A stretch of DNA of 64,000 bases, taken from NCBI RefSeq assembly GCF_009914755.1, contig NC_060937.1; one strand, written 5' to 3'. The notes beneath the pieces were generated by a model. That model was given only the letters and a program-made list of their open reading frames with translations, made no database searches and was not told the origin of the DNA. The position numbers and the translations under genes were made by a program. Of the stretch, positions 57,860-64,000 are shown one piece after another (the stretch's first letter is position 1; each line of letters opens with the position of its first letter). The stretch comes from the human T2T-CHM13v2.0 reference genome, Homo sapiens.

Positions 57860-58125
57860 TAATTTTATTTTTGTAAGTGATAAATAAATGTACATATTCA
57901 GGGGGTACATGGTGGTGTTTCAGTACCTATCAATCAGATCAGGGTAATTAGCATATTCATCATCTCAAACATTTATCATTTCTTTGTGTTGCAAAACATT
58001 CACTATCCTCCTTCTGTTTGAAACTATATAAAAATATATTATTGTTAACTATAGTTATCCTACAGTGTTACAGAACACCAGAACTGATTCCTTCTATCTA
58101 GCTGTAATTTTGCATCCTTTAACAT
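57860..58125 (-). mobile_element. L1MA-type 3' end
   Basis: tgtacatattcagggggtacatg...cagatcagggtaattagcatattcatcatctcaaacatttatcatttctttgtg. Confidence 0.8.
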
Positions 58126-59454
58126 AAGTAGAATTTGGTAGAGGAATTCAGTGTCTGCAAGATCACTGGGAGGACTGGTGGGCCCAATTAGGGTGGGCCT
58201 CTGAGAACAGCCCGTAGCATAGCAGCACAGATCTGGCCTGCCAGGGGATCTGCTAACATGGCCAGAGACAGGGACGTGGGGAATCTGAAGCTGCCACTGG
58301 AACCGTTGGCTCCACTAACACACTGCACTAACTGTGGTCCGGGGATCAGGAAGCAGCATCGTGGCTGCATCATCATGCCTGCCACATTTGCACCAACAGA
58401 AAGTGGATAGGTCACATGTCCCACCTGTCCCACCCAGGAAAGTCATGGACCATATGTGGGGACCTCTGCGAAGGCTGCCACACAGTAAAGGCAATGTCTT
58501 CATGGCTGTGCTTGCAACAGAAACACCATAAACTGCGGAACTGTCACCTTTCCTGCAATAGTGATGGGTGTGCCCTAAGTCACATCTGGAATCCTTGCAG
58601 AAAGGAAGTTTGATAGATGTGATTTTTAGCTTTGTCCCTGTGCTATGCAGAGAGACATGCTCAGAGAAGTACCATATCCACCATGGAGACGATTGTATTC
58701 ACCTAATAAACAGTGGATAGACTGGAAGGAAAATATAGGAGGGGCACGAAGACAGGAATATAGATGAAAGACTTGGTTTTAACAGAGCTAAGCCAATTTG
58801 GTGGTTTGTGCTTGGCAGATTCTGTTTAGTGCACATCACATCCAAGGGTTAGAGTGAGTGAGGGCTGTGGTCCACTCTCCCACAGTCTCGCAGACTAAGA
58901 TGTTACAGGCAACGGCTTTACCAGATGCTTACCATGGCAGAACATGAGTCACTGCTTTCTGCTTTTGATACCATTTTCCTAATGCCCCCCTGCCCTGCTT
59001 AACTGCTAAGTAGCGCACATTTTACATTTTAGTCATAGAAACACTCAATTTCCTGCACTAATGATTCTATTCCTAAGTATAGGTATGTTAGTTTGGTTTG
59101 CCCCAAGGCAGATCCTGAGACAAGGGTAAGTAGCTTCATTGGAAGGTGCAGGAAATATCATAGGTGGGTGGCGAATTGAGGAAGAACTGGGAAAACTGGC
59201 AATAAAGAAGACTTATTAAGCACGTTAGCACTGTGGGCAACTGGAAAATTCTACAAGAAAATTCTGAGATATAAATGCACACCTCAGGGCTAGTCTGCTC
59301 AGGAGCTGAGGCATATATATACCTCCTCCCATCAGTCAAGGTTGAGGATGTTCCTGAGGGGTGTGAATTTCCACCCCTCCTGTGTTGAAGCTGCCATCTC
59401 AGCTTTTGAGAAAGCTGTCAGCCCCCTGATAATCCCCTCCATAGTTGTCTAGAA

Positions 59455-59635
59455 CTTGGTCACAAACTATGGTCCATGAGCCAGATTCCACCCACAGCCT
59501 ACTCTTTTGTTACAAGCTAAGGGTGATTTTTATATTTTTATAGAGTTGTTGAAAAAAATCATATGTAACAGAGACTGTGGCCTGCAAAGCCTAAAATATT
59601 CACTTACGGTTTTCAGAAAGAGTTTGCCAATTTCT
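59455..59635. mobile_element. MER58-like fragment
   Basis: aacagagactgtggcctgcaaagcctaaaatatt...cagaaagagtttgccaa. Confidence 0.65.
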
Positions 59636-61026
59636 TGGTGTACATGGTCTTGCAGTAAGAAATAATCTCCAAATCTCAGGTTAAAAACAACTATTTCTCC
59701 GTTGTGGTCTATGTCTGATAGAGGGCAGAAGTGGGCTTGCTTCATGTAGTCACTCTACCTTATAACGCTTCCCTATAGTAAATCCTTCTGGTAGCAACAC
59801 AAGGCACCAGGGTTTATAACAGCAGGGAGAGAGAATATGTAAAATAGAGCACCAACTAGGTCCCTCGTGCTTCAGACTGAAAGGGACACGTGTCATCTCC
59901 TATAACTGTCTATTACCACCACCAGTCACATGACTGCAAAGGAAGCAAGGAAACATAATCTCCTATGTCCAGCAAGGAGGAGAGACCTGGAAATACTGGT
60001 GGCCAGTACTCATGTCTACTATAGCTCTCTTGTATGAAGTTCCCTTCACTTTCCCAATATAAACAAGATTTTGGTGAAAACATCATTCATTGATTTCACA
60101 TATTTTCCTGGAGTTAATAACTGCTTCATTTAACAAAAAAGTCTTAGATTTCTTTGAGCTTGCAGGTATGGTTTTTACATTCTGCATGACTCTGTAAAAC
60201 ACTTCTCTTCCACGTAGTCAAGCTTATCAGATAATCAATCTGTCAATCCTATTTTAATATGAGACTTTCTAATTGTTGTAGAATAGCTACGAAACAGTGC
60301 CAAGCTTCACTATTTTTCTTTTTAAATAATATTCAAGGGACTTATTAATAAGTTCAATATTTTGTACTTTCAGATATCTCAATTTTGAAGTGTGTAAGCT
60401 TTAATTTGAAGAACAGTTTAAAAAGTATTATGCCTAGGTCTGTCATTACATTGCATAATCAATAAAACAAATATTATATAATATTATAAAATCTTGCCCT
60501 TTTTAGGGATGGTGCTCAAATGAATTAAAAGTTTCATGAGTAGAGTCAACACTTTTCTTAATATACTATTTGCTCTTTTAGATCCAGCAGTTAAACTTGA
60601 ACTTGATCATGCCTTTGTATTTTGCATGTCATTTTTCTTTTTCCTTCTAATAACAAAGTCATTTTGAAAGATAATTGAACTATTATAATGAAAAAGTAAC
60701 AGTTGTCAAGAACTTAGCAAATGTTGAAAGAGGCATCCTGCAGAAATATTGAAAGTTCATCACTCAAACTAGTGGAAAGTCTCAGCGTTTTTGCAGAGGA
60801 TAAAGTTATGCTGCATTTTGTTTCACGGTTAATTGTAAAATACAAAATTACATTGTGGAACATTAATTGCATTCGTTTTCTATGGCTGCATAACAAGTTA
60901 CCACAAATTTAGGGGCTTAGAACAACAAATTTATGATCTTACAGTGTCTGTGGGCCAAAAGTCCAGTTTGGGCTGGACAGGGTTTTCTACTTTGAGTCAC
61001 AAGGCTGAAATCAAAATGTCAGATGA

Positions 61027-61499
<473 letters not shown>

Positions 61500-61564
61500 C
61501 TCGTGCCCTCTTAACGCTTCACAACTTTCTGGAGAGACCCAGGCCTTTTAGAAATCTGACTTGT

Positions 61565-61897
<333 letters not shown>

Positions 61898-63554
61898 AAA
61901 TCTGACTCGTTTAGATTTGGCCCACCGGGATACTCTCCATTTTGGTTGATCAAAAAGTCAGCAGATTAGTAACCCAATCATGGGAGTCAAATTCTATCAC
62001 ATGCACCCGTTCAGCCTGCACTTAGGGAGTTACACAAAGCGTGCACACTAAGAGGCAGTGATCTTGGGAGCCACCTTAGAATCCTGCCTACCACACTGTT
62101 CCATTATGTTGATGGTTGAATTAACTATCACAGGCCAGCAAATCAAACGAGATACTAGTGAGGAAAGGATCACATGCCACTTCCTAGCTAAGGCATGCAT
62201 TCACATGATCCCATCAGTCAAGTCTTACATTTCTTATACTTCACGATGACCATATCCTGGTACACACAGGTCATGTTAAGGGTCTGTGGGACCCCTTCTA
62301 ATGTTTTCTACTTCTTCTTTTCTGTTTTATTTTATATCTTTTTTTAAAAAAATCTGGTTATGACTCACGAAATAGATTTCACAAAATGGATTTTATGATT
62401 CATGACAGGAAAAACAGTCTTAATGGAGACAGGTTTCAATTAGTAATCTGGAAACATTTTTCTTTACAGAAAAAACACTAAAATATATTTATGCAAAAAA
62501 GTTTTTTCTGAATAAATCAATATGGACTAACTTATAGATGCAAATGGGTACACACCTGGGTAATCTTCAAAATTTATTTAAAATTATTACAAGACAATCA
62601 GCAATATCACTACAGTCCTCAGGAGGGCAGCATCTGCTCTAGGTATATTTGAAACTTAAGTGTGCTCAGAAGTTTTCTAGTGACTAGGAATTCCGGTAAG
62701 TAAATTACTTAGAGTGTATTAATCTAAGCAAACATTGGTTTATGCTTGGCAATTGAGAATCAGTCCTGTCAAAACCGTAAGTGCTATGATTTTTTTTTGT
62801 CTGACCCAAGAGAATTAGTTGAATTCTTTTATTCCTTGCTTCTTTCTGCTTGCATTTTTCCTTTGTCCTGTCTGTCCCTCTCTGGCTTATAGTCTTGCAT
62901 AGGTGGTCCAAGTAGGGCCCAATAACCATGGCGGCTGAGGACATGACAATCATAAATATTTTCTGCTAATTCAGAGTTGTTGTAAAGTCCCTCTCTTAAT
63001 TTCCACACTATGTTGACTTCCTGACTTCCTGCTGCATATGCCAACTGGTGGCTCCCTCAGTGCCTCTTTTGTGAACAGACAGGACTCTCTTAACCAGTGC
63101 ACAAGAGGAAGTGCTGCCCTGCAGATGACTCACCATGTTCTCTTATCTTCAAACTCTCAGGTGCTTGAGAGAGGCTTTTGCTGACCCACAAACACAACAA
63201 AATCAAGCTGTCTAATCTGATGTTCTTAGACAGTTAAGCCTTTCTAGGCTTAAATCTAAGTGTGACTATAGAAGGAAATATAGTATATTGAATCTGTTCT
63301 TCCCACCTCTGTTCTGGACCCACCATAGTCTCACCCTAAAATCATGGTCTGGGTTGACATCACTCTGTCACTAATCAACAGAAAATTGTCAGGAGGGTCC
63401 CACATACTCTAGTTAGACATAGAGCAAATTTCCTGCCCTTTGTTTTACTTACGTCCCTATTGTCACAGGTTATAATACTGGCCCTAAGTGTGTATTTGCT
63501 TCAAATAATTATATTTTGGGAGACATTGGGTTGACTGTATCATGTTCCTACACA

Positions 63555-63864
<310 letters not shown>

Positions 63865-64000
63865 TAAGGGCCTGAAGTCTGTTGAGTAGAGCTGCCTATG
63901 TGAATTTCATATTTTTTCTTTTTACCCATGTGCTACTTATAGAGTGTTGACACTTGATCTGCCTTCTCTTGCCTTTGGTCCTCTGCATTTGTTGCTTGCT

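Noticed and set aside
58188-58613. Four overlapping short ORFs in a GC-richer patch
   Set aside because: No coherent splice or coding signal. The sequence looks like a decayed LTR among other repeats; I could not assign a family.

Overview
Primate (human-like), CpG-depleted genomic DNA, about half interspersed repeats. It carries the 3' part of the + strand gene SLAIN1 (SLAIN motif family member 1, a microtubule plus-end-tracking adaptor). Six coding exons (2519-2658, 27275-27424, 29506-29847, 36194-36349, 43818-44100, 46135-46210) splice at GT-AG junctions into one open frame ending in WRDGCY*. A ~1 kb 3'UTR follows, with two AATAAA signals. Exon 1 lies upstream of the window, so exon numbers assume a single upstream exon. 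After ~47.2 kb the window is intergenic: a full-length MST MaLR element, an ERV1-type solo LTR, MLT LTRs, and L1, L2 and Alu copies. I see no convincing new gene family and no prokaryote-type system. The best leads are: (i) an in-frame 150-nt cassette exon missed by the ORF track, carrying QKI and RBFOX motifs; (ii) a second candidate 63-nt in-frame exon; (iii) a SOX-dimer-site-rich candidate internal promoter at ~24 kb; (iv) a possible 788-nt exon 2-5 circle that would carry a 246-codon ORF; (v) local templated duplications; (vi) a close head-to-head inverted Alu pair. Repeat subfamily names were assigned by eye, and old-repeat boundaries are approximate.
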